The notes below the pieces were generated by a model that worked only from the letters and a program-made list of their open reading frames with translations, made no database searches and was not told the DNA's origin. This document shows positions 1-8,963 of a stretch of DNA of 64,000 nt, in pieces. The DNA lies in assembly GCA_947166625.1 (NCBI GenBank), contig CAMVEX010000016.1, positions 2,414-66,413 of the forward strand, written 5' to 3'. This DNA comes from an uncultured Clostridia bacterium. GTDB lineage: Bacteria > Bacillota > Clostridia > Oscillospirales > Acutalibacteraceae. Positions within the stretch are counted from its first letter, which is position 1. The number at the start of each line of letters is the position of its first letter. The translations under genes and the position numbers were made by a program.

Positions 1-51
1 AAATGGCAGGATAAGGGCAACAGCCCCATCCTGCCGCAAGTGGATATAAAA

Positions 52-1554
52 TTATTTTGCCCAGTCTTTGGAGCGCTCGACCGCTCTCTTCCAGCCTTCA
101 TAGAGGGCATTTCTCTGCTCCTCGGGCATCTTGGGCTCAAAGATTTTTTCTACCTGGCGGTTTTTCTCGATCTCCGCCTTATCCTTCCATACGCCTACGG
201 CAAGGCCCGCAAGGTATGCCGCGCCCAGAGCCGTCGTTTCGACCGTCTTGGGTCTGTTGACGTTGCAGCGGATCATATCCGCCTGTATCTGGAGCATGAT
301 ATTCGATACGCTGGCGCCGCCGTCAACGCGGAGCTCTTTGAAATCTATGCCCGAATCCGCCTTCATCGCCTCAAGCAGATCGGTCATCTGATATGTAATG
401 GCTTCAAGCACGCTTCTCGCGATATGCGCTCTGTTGACGCCTCTGGTCAAGCCGACTATGCAGCCGCGGGCATACATATCCCAATAGGGCGCACCGAGAC
501 CCGTGAACGCGGGCACGAAATATATGCCGTTCGCGTCGGGAACGCTCTCCGCAAGCTCATCGCAGCGGCGCGCGGAATCTATCATATGAAGCTCGTCACG
601 CAGCCATTTGATGACCGAGCCTGCGTTGAACGCGGAGCCCTCGATGGCGTATTCCACCTTGTCGCCGATGCCCCAGGCAACGCCCGTGAGCAGGTTGTTT
701 TCGGATCTGACTCTCTGAGAGCCCGTATTCATAAGAAGGAAACAGCCTGTGCCGTAAGTATTCTTTGCCTGGCCGGGCTCAAAGCACGCCTGGCCGAAAA
801 GAGCGGCGGGCTGATCGCCGATAGCGCCGCAGATGGGTATCCCTTCAAGGGCCTCAAGCCCGAGGATCCCCTTTGCCACTCTGCCGTAGATCTTGCTTGA
901 GGGCACGGGCTCGGGAAGGATCGACATCGGTATTCCGAGTTTGTCGCAGAGGGTCTTATCCCAGCAGAGATTATCCACATCAAACAGCATCGTTCTCGAC
1001 GCGTTTGAATAATCCGTCACATGGACGCTGCCGCCCGTGAGATTCCAGATAAGCCAGGTTTCAACGGTGCCGAAAAGGAGCCTGCCCTTATCCGCGAGGT
1101 GCCTTGCCTCCGGCACATTGTCGAGGATCCATTTGATTTTTGTGCCCGAGAAATAGGCGTCAATGAGAAGTCCGGTCTTTTCTTTGATATAATCTCCGAA
1201 GCCCTCCGCTTTGAGCTGCTCGCAGTAGTCCGCCGTCCTGCGGCACTGCCATACGATCGCGTTATATACGGGCTTGCCTGTCTGTCTGTCCCAGAGAATG
1301 GTGGTTTCGCGCTGATTTGTGATGCCGATACCCGCTATCTCGCTGGGCTTGACGGCGCCCGATGAAATACAGCCCGAAACAGCCTGAAACTGGCTGTAAA
1401 GGATCGCGAGGGGGTCATGCTCGACCCAGCCCGCCTGCGGATAGATCTGCTCAAATTCATTCTGCGCCTTTGAAATGATATTGCCCTTTTTGTCAAAGAT
1501 GATCGCGCGTGAGCTTGTTGTGCCCTGATCGAGCGCCATGATATACTGTGCCAT
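52..1554 (-). CDS. glpK: glycerol kinase
   Basis: The N-terminus MAQYIMALDQGTTSSRAIIFD and the full-length FGGY kinase pattern match GlpK. The ORF track starts at a TTG at 1566. The ATG at 1554 fits typical GlpK N-termini better. Confidence 0.9.
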   Translation of the reverse strand: MAQYIMALDQGTTSSRAIIFDKKGNIISKAQNEFEQIYPQAGWVEHDPLAILYSQFQAVSGCISSGAVKPSEIAGIGITNQRETTILWDRQTGKPVYNAIVWQCRRTADYCEQLKAEGFGDYIKEKTGLLIDAYFSGTKIKWILDNVPEARHLADKGRLLFGTVETWLIWNLTGGSVHVTDYSNASRTMLFDVDNLCWDKTLCDKLGIPMSILPEPVPSSKIYGRVAKGILGLEALEGIPICGAIGDQPAALFGQACFEPGQAKNTYGTGCFLLMNTGSQRVRSENNLLTGVAWGIGDKVEYAIEGSAFNAGSVIKWLRDELHMIDSARRCDELAESVPDANGIYFVPAFTGLGAPYWDMYARGCIVGLTRGVNRAHIARSVLEAITYQMTDLLEAMKADSGIDFKELRVDGGASVSNIMLQIQADMIRCNVNRPKTVETTALGAAYLAGLAVGVWKDKAEIEKNRQVEKIFEPKMPEEQRNALYEGWKRAVERSKDWAK

Positions 1555-1602
1555 AAATTTAACCAACCTTCCCTTATTTTTAAGTTATCATTCCTTATTT
1601 TA

Positions 1603-3003
1603 TCAGCTTATCGAAAAATATTTCACGGCGTTGTTATACGCTATATCGCACGCCGTATCGGCAAGCAGCTCCTCATCATCCGGAAACTGCCCGTTTTCAA
1701 CGAATTCGCCGAGCAGGTTGCATACGATCCTGCGGAAATATTCGTGCCTCGGGTAAGAGAGGAACGAGCGCGAATCCGTCACCATTCCTATGAATTTGCC
1801 CAATGCGCCGAGATTGCCCAGAGCCTTCATCTGCTCGCGCATACCGTCGATATTATCATTAAACCACCAGGCGGAGCCGAACTGGATCTTGCTCTGCGCC
1901 TCGTCGGACTGGAAGTTGCCGAGCATCGAGCCGAAAACATAATTGTCGCGCGGATTGAGGGTGAATATGACCGTGCGCGGCAGCGAGCCCTCATAATCGA
2001 GCGAATCGAGGAAGCGCGAGAGTTTTCTCGCCACAAGCTGATCGTCTATCGAATCATATCCCGTATCGGGGCCTATCGCCTCAAACATACGCCTGTTGTT
2101 ATTTCTCATCGGACCGATATGAAGCTCCATCACCCAGCCGCGCTTCGCGTATTCGGCGGCGAGCATCCTCAGCAGAGCGGTCTTGTATTTATCCGCCTGA
2201 ACGGTCGTCGGCTCCCCTCCCGCTTTAACGGCTTTGAATATCGAATTCAGCTCGTCCGGCTCAGCCGTTTCGTAAGGGATATATGAGAATCCGTGGTCGC
2301 TCGCCCTGCATCCGAGAGAGGCAAAAAATTCGATGCGCTCTCTGAGGACCGAGCAGAGGGTTTCAAATGAATCTATCTCTATGCCCGAGCGCTTTTCCAT
2401 ATCCGCAAGCCATTGGGGAAATGACGGCAGATCTATGCCGAGAGCCTTATCGGGTCTGAACGCGGGCATCACCTTGAAGGGCAGATTTTCTTTTGCCAGA
2501 AGCTGATGATATTCGAGCGAATCCGCCGGGTCATCTGTAGTGCAGAGATGGGTGACATTTGATTTCGCTATCAGCTCCCTCGGAGTGAAACCGCCCGACC
2601 TTATCTTTTCATTCGCCTTTTTCCATATACCGTCCGCCGTCTTTTCGCTGAGGATATCGTAAATATCAAAATATCTTCTCAGCTCAAGGTGGCACCAGTG
2701 ATACATCGGGTTGCCGATAAGCGAGGGCATACAGGCGGCAAAAGCCTTGAATTTCTCATAACCGGAGGCGTCGCCCGTGACATATTTTTCATTCACTCCG
2801 CAGGAACGCATCGCGCGCCATTTATAGTGATCGCCGCCGAGCCAGAGCCCGGCAATATCGGCAGGCTCCGCGTTTTCGAAGATCTCCTTCGGCGAAAGGT
2901 GGCAGTGCCAGTCAAATATCGGCATCTTCCCCGCCTTCTCAAACATCCTGACGGCAGGCTCGTTATCGAGCAAAAAATCATTGCCCATGAATTCTTTTGC
3001 CAT
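1603..3003 (-). CDS. uxaC: glucuronate (uronate) isomerase
   Basis: A 466-aa ORF with N-terminal FLLDNEPAVRMFEKAGKMPIFDWHCHLSPKEI, typical of UxaC. GGAGGG lies upstream of the ATG. Confidence 0.9.
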   Translation of the reverse strand: MAKEFMGNDFLLDNEPAVRMFEKAGKMPIFDWHCHLSPKEIFENAEPADIAGLWLGGDHYKWRAMRSCGVNEKYVTGDASGYEKFKAFAACMPSLIGNPMYHWCHLELRRYFDIYDILSEKTADGIWKKANEKIRSGGFTPRELIAKSNVTHLCTTDDPADSLEYHQLLAKENLPFKVMPAFRPDKALGIDLPSFPQWLADMEKRSGIEIDSFETLCSVLRERIEFFASLGCRASDHGFSYIPYETAEPDELNSIFKAVKAGGEPTTVQADKYKTALLRMLAAEYAKRGWVMELHIGPMRNNNRRMFEAIGPDTGYDSIDDQLVARKLSRFLDSLDYEGSLPRTVIFTLNPRDNYVFGSMLGNFQSDEAQSKIQFGSAWWFNDNIDGMREQMKALGNLGALGKFIGMVTDSRSFLSYPRHEYFRRIVCNLLGEFVENGQFPDDEELLADTACDIAYNNAVKYFSIS

Positions 3004-3086
3004 ATCATCCCTCCGACTTCCTCATTTTTATATATCTAAATTATTGTAACATATATACAAAATTTTTCAAGTCCAATCGCAAATTT

Positions 3087-3680
3087 TTATATACTCCCGT
3101 TACAGAGTGCAAGAGGGAAATGTGTCGCAACCCGGAAATTCAATTAGCAATTAGCAATGAGTAATTAGCAATTTCGGGTCGCTGCGCTCCGCTTTTATAT
3201 GCACCTTTTAGCTATTAAATAAGATAAATGTGATTCATCCCGTTTATTCGATTACACCTTCTACAAATCAAGTGAGATAATTGTAATTCATCCCGTGAAT
3301 GAGAGATTGATTGAAGTGTGTATTTGTTTGCACCTGTTACCGATTACGTAAGGCAACTATACCACATCCCGTGGGTGAAATTCAAATTTTTACTGTGTAT
3401 TTTTGACTATTTTCAAGTATCTGATACCGTAGGGGCGGATATTATCCGCCCGCCGACAGGATATGCGGAGCATTAGCCCTCTCCGAGACCGGGGGCGAAC
3501 CGCCGAAGCGCCGCCAGTGGCGGATGCAGCGAGGCGGTGAGGTGAAGAAACAAGGAGCAATGCGCAGCGCTTCAAGCAAGCAGGGCGACTATGTTTCTGA
3601 GGGGGCAGGTGGATTGCTAACATTGCGAGCAAGACGGGTGTGGCGATATTTATATTCTCCCGTTACAGAGTGCAAAATAA
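3087..3680 (+). repeat. Repeat cluster R1: four E units plus one truncated, a heptamer tract, hairpin A, hairpin B interrupted by insert X, and segment C
   Basis: E units start near 3093, 3196, 3251 and 3328, with a truncated one at 3648. The (AATTAGC)n tract is at 3142-3172, hairpin A at 3429-3454 and the B left arm at 3477-3492. Insert X is at 3493-3598 and GGGTGTGGCGAT at 3636-3647. The same modules recur in six other gaps. Confidence 0.85.
3429..3454 (+). repeat. Hairpin A copy 1 (GTAGGGGCGGATATTATCCGCCCGCC)
   Basis: A perfect 9-bp palindromic stem GGGCGGATA/TATCCGCCC at 3433-3451. Confidence 0.9.
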
Positions 3681-3682
3681 AC

Positions 3683-3712
3683 AAAAAAATCCGCAGGGAA
3701 AATCCCTGCGGA
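3683..3712 (-). terminator. Rho-independent terminator downstream of ptsH
   Basis: On the minus strand the stem CCGCAGGGA / TCCCTGCGG (3691-3699 and 3703-3711) has a 3-nt loop and is followed by a run of 7 T. Confidence 0.75.
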
Positions 3713-3774
3713 CCTTAAATTCTGATTGATGCGCCGGCCGGCGGCGCGATGACCTTCGGAGCCGAAGCCGTTTA

Positions 3775-4038
3775 TTACTCGGCGAAGCCCGTTTCAACAA
3801 GCTTTACAAGCTCATCGACAGCCTGCTCTTCATCGGAGCCGGATGCGATAATACGGATACTGGTATCGCCCATGATGCCCAGAGAGAGAACTCCCAGAAG
3901 GCTCTTTGCGTTGACCTTGCGCTCATCCTTCTCTACCCAGATGGAAGACTTGAATTCATTGGCTTTCTGAATAAAGTAGGTTGCCGGACGGGCGTGAAGA
4001 CCAACCTGATTCTGAACTGTAACTTCTTTAACGGTCAT
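3775..4038 (-). CDS. ptsH: phosphocarrier protein HPr
   Basis: An 87-aa ORF carrying the His15 motif GLHARPA and the Ser46 region NAKSLLGVLSLG. Confidence 0.92.
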   Translation of the reverse strand: MTVKEVTVQNQVGLHARPATYFIQKANEFKSSIWVEKDERKVNAKSLLGVLSLGIMGDTSIRIIASGSDEEQAVDELVKLVETGFAE

Positions 4039-4088
4039 AATATATCTCCTGACAGATGAAAGTGTTGATATTCCTGAATACGCTAATT

Positions 4089-4116
4089 ATTATATCATCA
4101 TTTTTTTATTCGTCAA
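4089..4116 (-). promoter_or_regulatory. Putative sigma-A promoter for ptsH
   Basis: The minus strand reads TTGACG, a 16-nt spacer, then TATAAT, in an AT-rich gap about 50 nt upstream of the ptsH ATG. Confidence 0.4.
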
Positions 4117-4244
4117 CAATTTGAAAAATTTTCGTTTTCTGTTCCAAATTGAAGGAATAAGATATTTTTGCTTTTGGTTAAAATGACAACAAGATCAAAA
4201 ATATTTTGGTCAATATGGGAACAAGTATTCACTTTTTTGTAATA

Positions 4245-5078
4245 TCAGCCGACCGTCGCCCTGAAAGCCATATAAGTATATGTGATCCCCGCTTCGTTAA
4301 AACACGCGCCCGCTCCCGCGCCGGAGGATGAATCCGTTACCCTGAAGCCGCTCTGCGTTATCTCAAGCCCCTCTGTTGCCCCGCCGCCGAAGCCGAAGCC
4401 CGAATAAAACCTGCCGCCCTGCTCAAACGGCATTCCGGGCGCGAATAAGATTATCGCCGCGGGTCTGAATCCGAGGCTTATGCTCCTTGACGCGGCGCCC
4501 GTGCCCGTATATGTGCCGCCGGTAAAAGGCTGCCTTAAATAGGCTTTCTCGGCGGACGAGAGGTGGATTTCGTCATTCCTTATGTGGCTGCCGCAGAGAA
4601 GGGTCTTGTCGAGGAATGAGGGGAATATCAGATCGGTGGACTGCGCCGGGCAGAGCGAGGTATTCACCTTAGCCGTCGCGGTCAGTACGAGAGCCTGAGT
4701 ATCTCTGTCGGAGGTGATGAGCCCGCAGCCGGATTCCGTGATATCCAGCCCCGAATCAAAGGTGAGGCAGTCGATTATATCCGCAAACGCCTCGTGGCAC
4801 GCCTTTCCGCCCTGCGAAAACGGCGCATGGATCGAAAAACGCAGGGTAATCAGAGCGCTCCTGCAATATTCTTCGGTTTCGAGGATCGAAGTATCCTCCG
4901 ACTGCTCAAAGGTATCGTTTATGATTATCGAGCTTATGCCGACGGCGACCGTCACCTTTTTGAGCGGCACCGCCTTCTTTACCGGCGGGAATTCCGTGAG
5001 GAACCTGATCCTTGAAAGCTCCTCCCTGCCCGAGAGCCATTCGGCTATCGCCGACGGCATAGCGCTTATCTCATTCAT
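4245..5078 (-). CDS. Hypothetical phage-module protein, last gene of the module, with a Gly-rich C-terminus
   Basis: A 277-aa ORF that overlaps the upstream ORF by 8 nt. I recognise no motif. The C-terminus reads GFGFGGGATEGLEITQSGFRVTDSSSGAGAGA. Confidence 0.5.
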   Translation of the reverse strand: MNEISAMPSAIAEWLSGREELSRIRFLTEFPPVKKAVPLKKVTVAVGISSIIINDTFEQSEDTSILETEEYCRSALITLRFSIHAPFSQGGKACHEAFADIIDCLTFDSGLDITESGCGLITSDRDTQALVLTATAKVNTSLCPAQSTDLIFPSFLDKTLLCGSHIRNDEIHLSSAEKAYLRQPFTGGTYTGTGAASRSISLGFRPAAIILFAPGMPFEQGGRFYSGFGFGGGATEGLEITQSGFRVTDSSSGAGAGACFNEAGITYTYMAFRATVG

Positions 5079-5412
5079 CGTTTTCCTCCGTTTCCACGGT
5101 CCGTCTGAGGACCGCCCAGATATAATAGATCTCTTCGCCTCTATACACCCGCTCCGCCCTGTCGATCCTGTAGATATCCGCTCCGCAGGCTATCGAGGCG
5201 TTTTCCGCCTGAGTGATGTCGGGCGAGGGCGGGCCTATATAGAGATAAGTGCCTTCGGGGTTGTAGCCTATCTCGGTATTCACCCCGTAGAGATACATCT
5301 TGTTTTTATAGCGAAGGGGAGAGAGAAAGGCGCGCATGACGGCGGGGTACTCGTCATTTTCGCCCGTTAAGAAGCGGCATTCTCTCCCGTATTTTTCAAA
5401 GAAATAATTCAA
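5071..5412 (-). CDS. Hypothetical small phage protein, in the size and position of a head-closure or adaptor protein
   Basis: A 113-aa ORF that overlaps the upstream ORF by 4 nt. The call rests on position downstream of the capsid and connector genes only. Confidence 0.4.
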   Translation of the reverse strand: MNYFFEKYGRECRFLTGENDEYPAVMRAFLSPLRYKNKMYLYGVNTEIGYNPEGTYLYIGPPSPDITQAENASIACGADIYRIDRAERVYRGEEIYYIWAVLRRTVETEENDE

Positions 5413-5771
5413 CCGATATCCACCTGCCTGAAATCAAAGCCGCTGTCTTTCAGCAGGGGAGCCGCCGCCGAGCGCGCGGATTCGGCCTGAGCAGATGCGA
5501 ACCGAGCCGCATTTTCAGCCGAGGAGCGAACGGTCACATCGCCCGCCTTAAGGAGAGTTATCCCCTCCGACGAGCCGGACTCACGCGCGCATATCCGCTC
5601 AAAGAGCATTGACGCGGCGAGAATGAGCACCCGCGGATCGGTGCAGTTTTCCGCCCTCGCGAGCTGAGGCTCAAGGGTGTAACACACGGCGTCGCATATC
5701 GCGCGCACTCCGTCCTCGCGGGTGTTATATAACTCGTGAGCAAGGGCAATCACAGCCTGCCTGTCGATCAT
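5409..5771 (-). CDS. Putative head-tail connector (gp6-like) protein
   Basis: A 120-aa helical ORF directly after the major capsid gene with a 4-nt overlap. The call rests on size and position. Confidence 0.45.
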   Translation of the reverse strand: MIDRQAVIALAHELYNTREDGVRAICDAVCYTLEPQLARAENCTDPRVLILAASMLFERICARESGSSEGITLLKAGDVTVRSSAENAARFASAQAESARSAAAPLLKDSGFDFRQVDIG

Positions 5772-6772
5772 ATCGAGAGGATTTTCACTGCGCCGTCGTC
5801 TATCTTGGCAAAGCCCGCAGTGCAGCTGATTACGGCTCTTTCGAGCTGACGGTCAATGAGCTTGTCGTATTCGGTCATTATGCTGCCCGCCTTCACCATT
5901 TCGAGGGCGGCGTTTTTGTCGATCCCGATTATCTTGCCCTGCGGCACGGCGGCGCTTTTGATGAGCTTCGCGCCGAAGGGAGTGACGACCTCGCCCGTGG
6001 AATGGAAGGCGAGCCCCGCGGCGGCGTCTCTGAATTCGCTCATATTGAGGATCTTTGCCATCATATCCGGGGAGGCTATCATCGTGTTGAGCTCATAAGG
6101 ATCAAACGAATTCCAGAAATCCACGAGATCGGAATATGCGAGAGTGCCTGCGGACGCGGTGTTGATAACGGGCGCCGCGTTGCCGTTTCCGTCGCCGTCC
6201 TTGAGCACGGAGATCGCGTCTTTGAGCAGGGTGCGCGAAATATATGCGCCGATCTGCCTGAGAGTTATCGCAAACAGGTCGAGGCGCTGGTATCTGACCG
6301 CCTCGTAAGAAGCCACGAGAGATCTGCCCCTTTTGTTCAGAGAGACGAGATTTTCTTTGGTGCGTATCTGCGTTTCGGGGATGAAGGCTCCCTCGCCGAC
6401 CGCCTTGAGCTCCTTGTCGTCATCCTCATTCGCGCAGTAAAGAGAGCGGTAATCCGCGCCGGCGATATTGGTTACGGCTGCCGTGATGTCGGGAAGAATA
6501 TCCGCCTGCTCCATTCCGCGGCGGACCGCTCTTGAAACAAATTCGGGGAAGAGCACCGAGCTCTGCGCGGTGGAAAAGAATTTTTCCACTATGTCGCTGT
6601 CCGCTCCGCTGACCTTGATGCCGAATCTTTTGAGCTGGCGCTGGTAGGCGTCAAGCCCATCAAACGACGAGCCGCGGTAGTTCTCATCCGGGTCGAGCGC
6701 AGAGAGGGCGCGGGTGAAGCTGCCCGAAGAATAAAGGCTCTTATCAAGCTTTACATTTTCAAATTCAGTCAT
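5768..6772 (-). CDS. Phage major capsid protein (HK97-fold type)
   Basis: A 334-aa ORF placed after the protease and decoration genes. The sequence looks like the Phage_capsid family (for example FPEFVSRAVRRG and the C-terminal region). Confidence 0.7.
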   Translation of the reverse strand: MTEFENVKLDKSLYSSGSFTRALSALDPDENYRGSSFDGLDAYQRQLKRFGIKVSGADSDIVEKFFSTAQSSVLFPEFVSRAVRRGMEQADILPDITAAVTNIAGADYRSLYCANEDDDKELKAVGEGAFIPETQIRTKENLVSLNKRGRSLVASYEAVRYQRLDLFAITLRQIGAYISRTLLKDAISVLKDGDGNGNAAPVINTASAGTLAYSDLVDFWNSFDPYELNTMIASPDMMAKILNMSEFRDAAAGLAFHSTGEVVTPFGAKLIKSAAVPQGKIIGIDKNAALEMVKAGSIMTEYDKLIDRQLERAVISCTAGFAKIDDGAVKILSI

Positions 6773-6783
6773 TGTTTGCCTCC

Positions 6784-7131
6784 TTAAAGAATTATTGCGG
6801 CGACGGTGCCGTCGGCGGTTTCGGTCACTCCGACGATAAGTCTGTCGGGACCCTCCTCGCCGTAGGGCGAGATCTTGCCTGCGTCCGATACGGTCAGCTT
6901 CGCGAAGCCGACCTCGGTGCCGCTCTCGCAGACGAATTCGGCGGCTCCCCTTGTCTGCACGGTGACATAATTGCCGTTTACCGCGGCGGCAATGCCGATA
7001 ACCTGATCGGCGGGCATCGCTTTCTCCGCCTTAAAGGGCTCTCTTATGGTGACCGGGTCGCCGACCTTAATATCGCCGTTTCTGATGAAAGTGACGGCGT
7101 TTGCGTCATATCCGTTAAAACTGATGTCCAT
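6784..7131 (-). CDS. DUF2190-like head decoration protein
   Basis: A 115-aa ORF between the protease and the capsid gene. It contains the central pattern VIGIAAAVNGNYVTVQTRGAAEF. Confidence 0.45.
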   Translation of the reverse strand: MDISFNGYDANAVTFIRNGDIKVGDPVTIREPFKAEKAMPADQVIGIAAAVNGNYVTVQTRGAAEFVCESGTEVGFAKLTVSDAGKISPYGEEGPDRLIVGVTETADGTVAAIIL

Positions 7132-7152
7132 TTCTTTTCCTTCCTTATTTCA

Positions 7153-7983
7153 TTATATTATATATTCGCTGTTGGTTTCCTTCTCCGCTTTTTCGGGCGA
7201 AGCGAGCTGTATGCAAAGGGGAGAATTGCGCTCGGCGTCCTTTTTGAGAGAATTTCTCAGCTCCCTCAGCTCCGCCAGATGCAGGCTGTCGCAGATCTTA
7301 TTGATAAGCTCTCTCCCCGTCTGCGGTATGAGCGAAGCGGCGTTTGAAATCACGCCCGATTTGAGCTCCGCTCTGTATTCCTCAAGCTCGCGATCCGCCG
7401 CCGCGGCGGGGGTGAACGCCTTGACTATGCCCGCATTTCTCTGCGCGGGGACCGCGACAAACGACCATTCGTAAGCATCCTCGGGGTCGCAGAGCAAGTG
7501 GCAGCATTTTTTGCCGTCATATATCTCGCCCTTTTTGTGGGCGCAGGCTCCGCTTCTGATATCCCTGCCACAGACGGAGCATTTTATGCTCTTTACGCTG
7601 CATCCCACGCTCGTCTCCTTTTTTATCCCCGCCTCTATCTCCGAGATGAGATCCCTGTTTTTTTCGTTTTTGAGCATATAAGCCTTCGCGCTGAGGAATA
7701 CATAGGTCTCTCCGTCAGCCGTGAGGCGGTTTTCGGCGCGGGTCACCTTCGCGTCAAATATCCTCGCTATCTGATCCTTGCTGCTCATATTGTGGTCAAA
7801 GATACCCGTCTTGCCGATGATGAGAGAGGCGAGCTTTTCGAGAGAATCCGCCGTGAATTTCTCGCCGTCTCTGTCAATATCGTTGTCGCAGAGGATGAGC
7901 GAAAAAACATAGAGCTCATCCGGCGACATCTCTTTTTTTGTGAATCTGCCGATCTTTTCAAGATCCTGCTTCGTAATTTTCAT
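7153..7983 (-). CDS. Prohead protease with a C-terminal scaffold-like tail and a Cys-rich insert
   Basis: A 276-aa ORF. N-terminal DNDIDRDGEKF and GIFDHN resemble HK97-type prohead proteases. The C-terminal third looks like a charged coiled coil. It overlaps the portal stop (ATGA). Confidence 0.6.
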   Translation of the reverse strand: MKITKQDLEKIGRFTKKEMSPDELYVFSLILCDNDIDRDGEKFTADSLEKLASLIIGKTGIFDHNMSSKDQIARIFDAKVTRAENRLTADGETYVFLSAKAYMLKNEKNRDLISEIEAGIKKETSVGCSVKSIKCSVCGRDIRSGACAHKKGEIYDGKKCCHLLCDPEDAYEWSFVAVPAQRNAGIVKAFTPAAAADRELEEYRAELKSGVISNAASLIPQTGRELINKICDSLHLAELRELRNSLKKDAERNSPLCIQLASPEKAEKETNSEYII

Positions 7984-8963
7984 TCTGTCTCCTTTTCAAT
8001 TTTGTTTGCCTGCGCCCTGTAGAGAGCCGCCCTGCTCTGCTCGACCTCATCCTGAAGGGTTATATCGTCCCATACGACGTTTACCGGACAGGTGAATCCG
8101 CGTGAGGCGAGAAACGCGGAGCAGATCTTATCTATCACGGGCGTGAGTATGCGCCGGTAGGCTTCAAGCTCGCTTGTGAGAGCGTCTGCCTGCTGTGAAG
8201 ACATCCTCTCCGTGGTGCTCCAGCTTATGCCCAGCAAAAACGGCGGCAGACCCGTCTTGGCGATTATCTGCTCGAGCATCTGCCTTGCGGGCACCTCGCA
8301 ATCCGGAATACCGCTCTCCGCTCCGATAACTTTTATCTGAACATCGCCGACCGCCACAAAATCCTTCACTCCCGCGCCCGGCTTCATCGCCTGCGCCCAG
8401 CTCTCGGCTATCTGAGCGGCTCTTTCCCTGGCGTAAGCCCTGTCGAGAGAATCATTTTTCGGATTGTAGGTCACGGCAAATCTCAGATTGCCCGCGCGCT
8501 CCCAGTTGACGCCGACGCTCTCATAGATTTTGAGAAGGATCCCGCTCACGAAGGGCAGACCCTTGAGGATCGAATTTCCCGTGAGAGCTCCCGGGTCGGG
8601 GTTGAGAACGCTCACAAGGCAGAGATCGCGCCTGCCTACCTTTTTCATCCCGCCGGCTCCGTCTGTGTAAATGTCGATATCGAAGCCGTTTTGCGAGCGC
8701 TTGAATTCGATATTGTCAAGCGGTGAATTAAACAGGGCGCAGGGCAGTCCGTCTGCGCCGGTCACTATCTCTCCGAGCGCCGTGCCGCAGGTCAGAAGCT
8801 GCTCGAGATAAGTCTCGATAAAGGCGTGGAGCCCGTATCTGTTGCCCCCGACGGGAATATTGCGGATCAGCCCGTCAAGATATTCGCGGGCGGCGCCGTC
8901 GTCGCATTCAACGCTGAAACCGCCCGTGAGGCGGACCGTTTTGTAAATCGCGGCGTCGATCAC
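7980..8963 (-). CDS. Phage portal protein (the reading frame stays open upstream to 9128)
   Basis: A 327-aa ORF from the GTG at 8963, located between terL and the protease. The frame has no stop for 55 more codons, up to just after the terL stop. See the finding on this gene. Confidence 0.7.
   Translation of the reverse strand: MIDAAIYKTVRLTGGFSVECDDGAAREYLDGLIRNIPVGGNRYGLHAFIETYLEQLLTCGTALGEIVTGADGLPCALFNSPLDNIEFKRSQNGFDIDIYTDGAGGMKKVGRRDLCLVSVLNPDPGALTGNSILKGLPFVSGILLKIYESVGVNWERAGNLRFAVTYNPKNDSLDRAYARERAAQIAESWAQAMKPGAGVKDFVAVGDVQIKVIGAESGIPDCEVPARQMLEQIIAKTGLPPFLLGISWSTTERMSSQQADALTSELEAYRRILTPVIDKICSAFLASRGFTCPVNVVWDDITLQDEVEQSRAALYRAQANKIEKETE

Noticed and set aside
40-900. A 286-aa plus-strand ORF and other small ORFs overlapping glpK.
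   Set aside because: It lies fully antisense to a strongly recognisable glycerol kinase. The sequence is Arg/Ala-rich, typical of shadow ORFs in GC-rich coding DNA, and there is no RBS.
3524-3718. A 64-aa ORF that shares VKKQGAMRSASSKQ.DYVSEGAG with the ORF at 11100-11357, which at first looks like a conserved small protein.
   Set aside because: The shared peptide is simply the translation of repeat insert X. The ATG sits only 2 nt after AAGGAG. The frames diverge immediately outside the repeat and run into terminator or repeat sequence. Other small ORFs inside the clusters (for example 3390-3632, 10976-11230, 11474-11701, 33596-34484 and 46521-46943) are rejected for the same reason.
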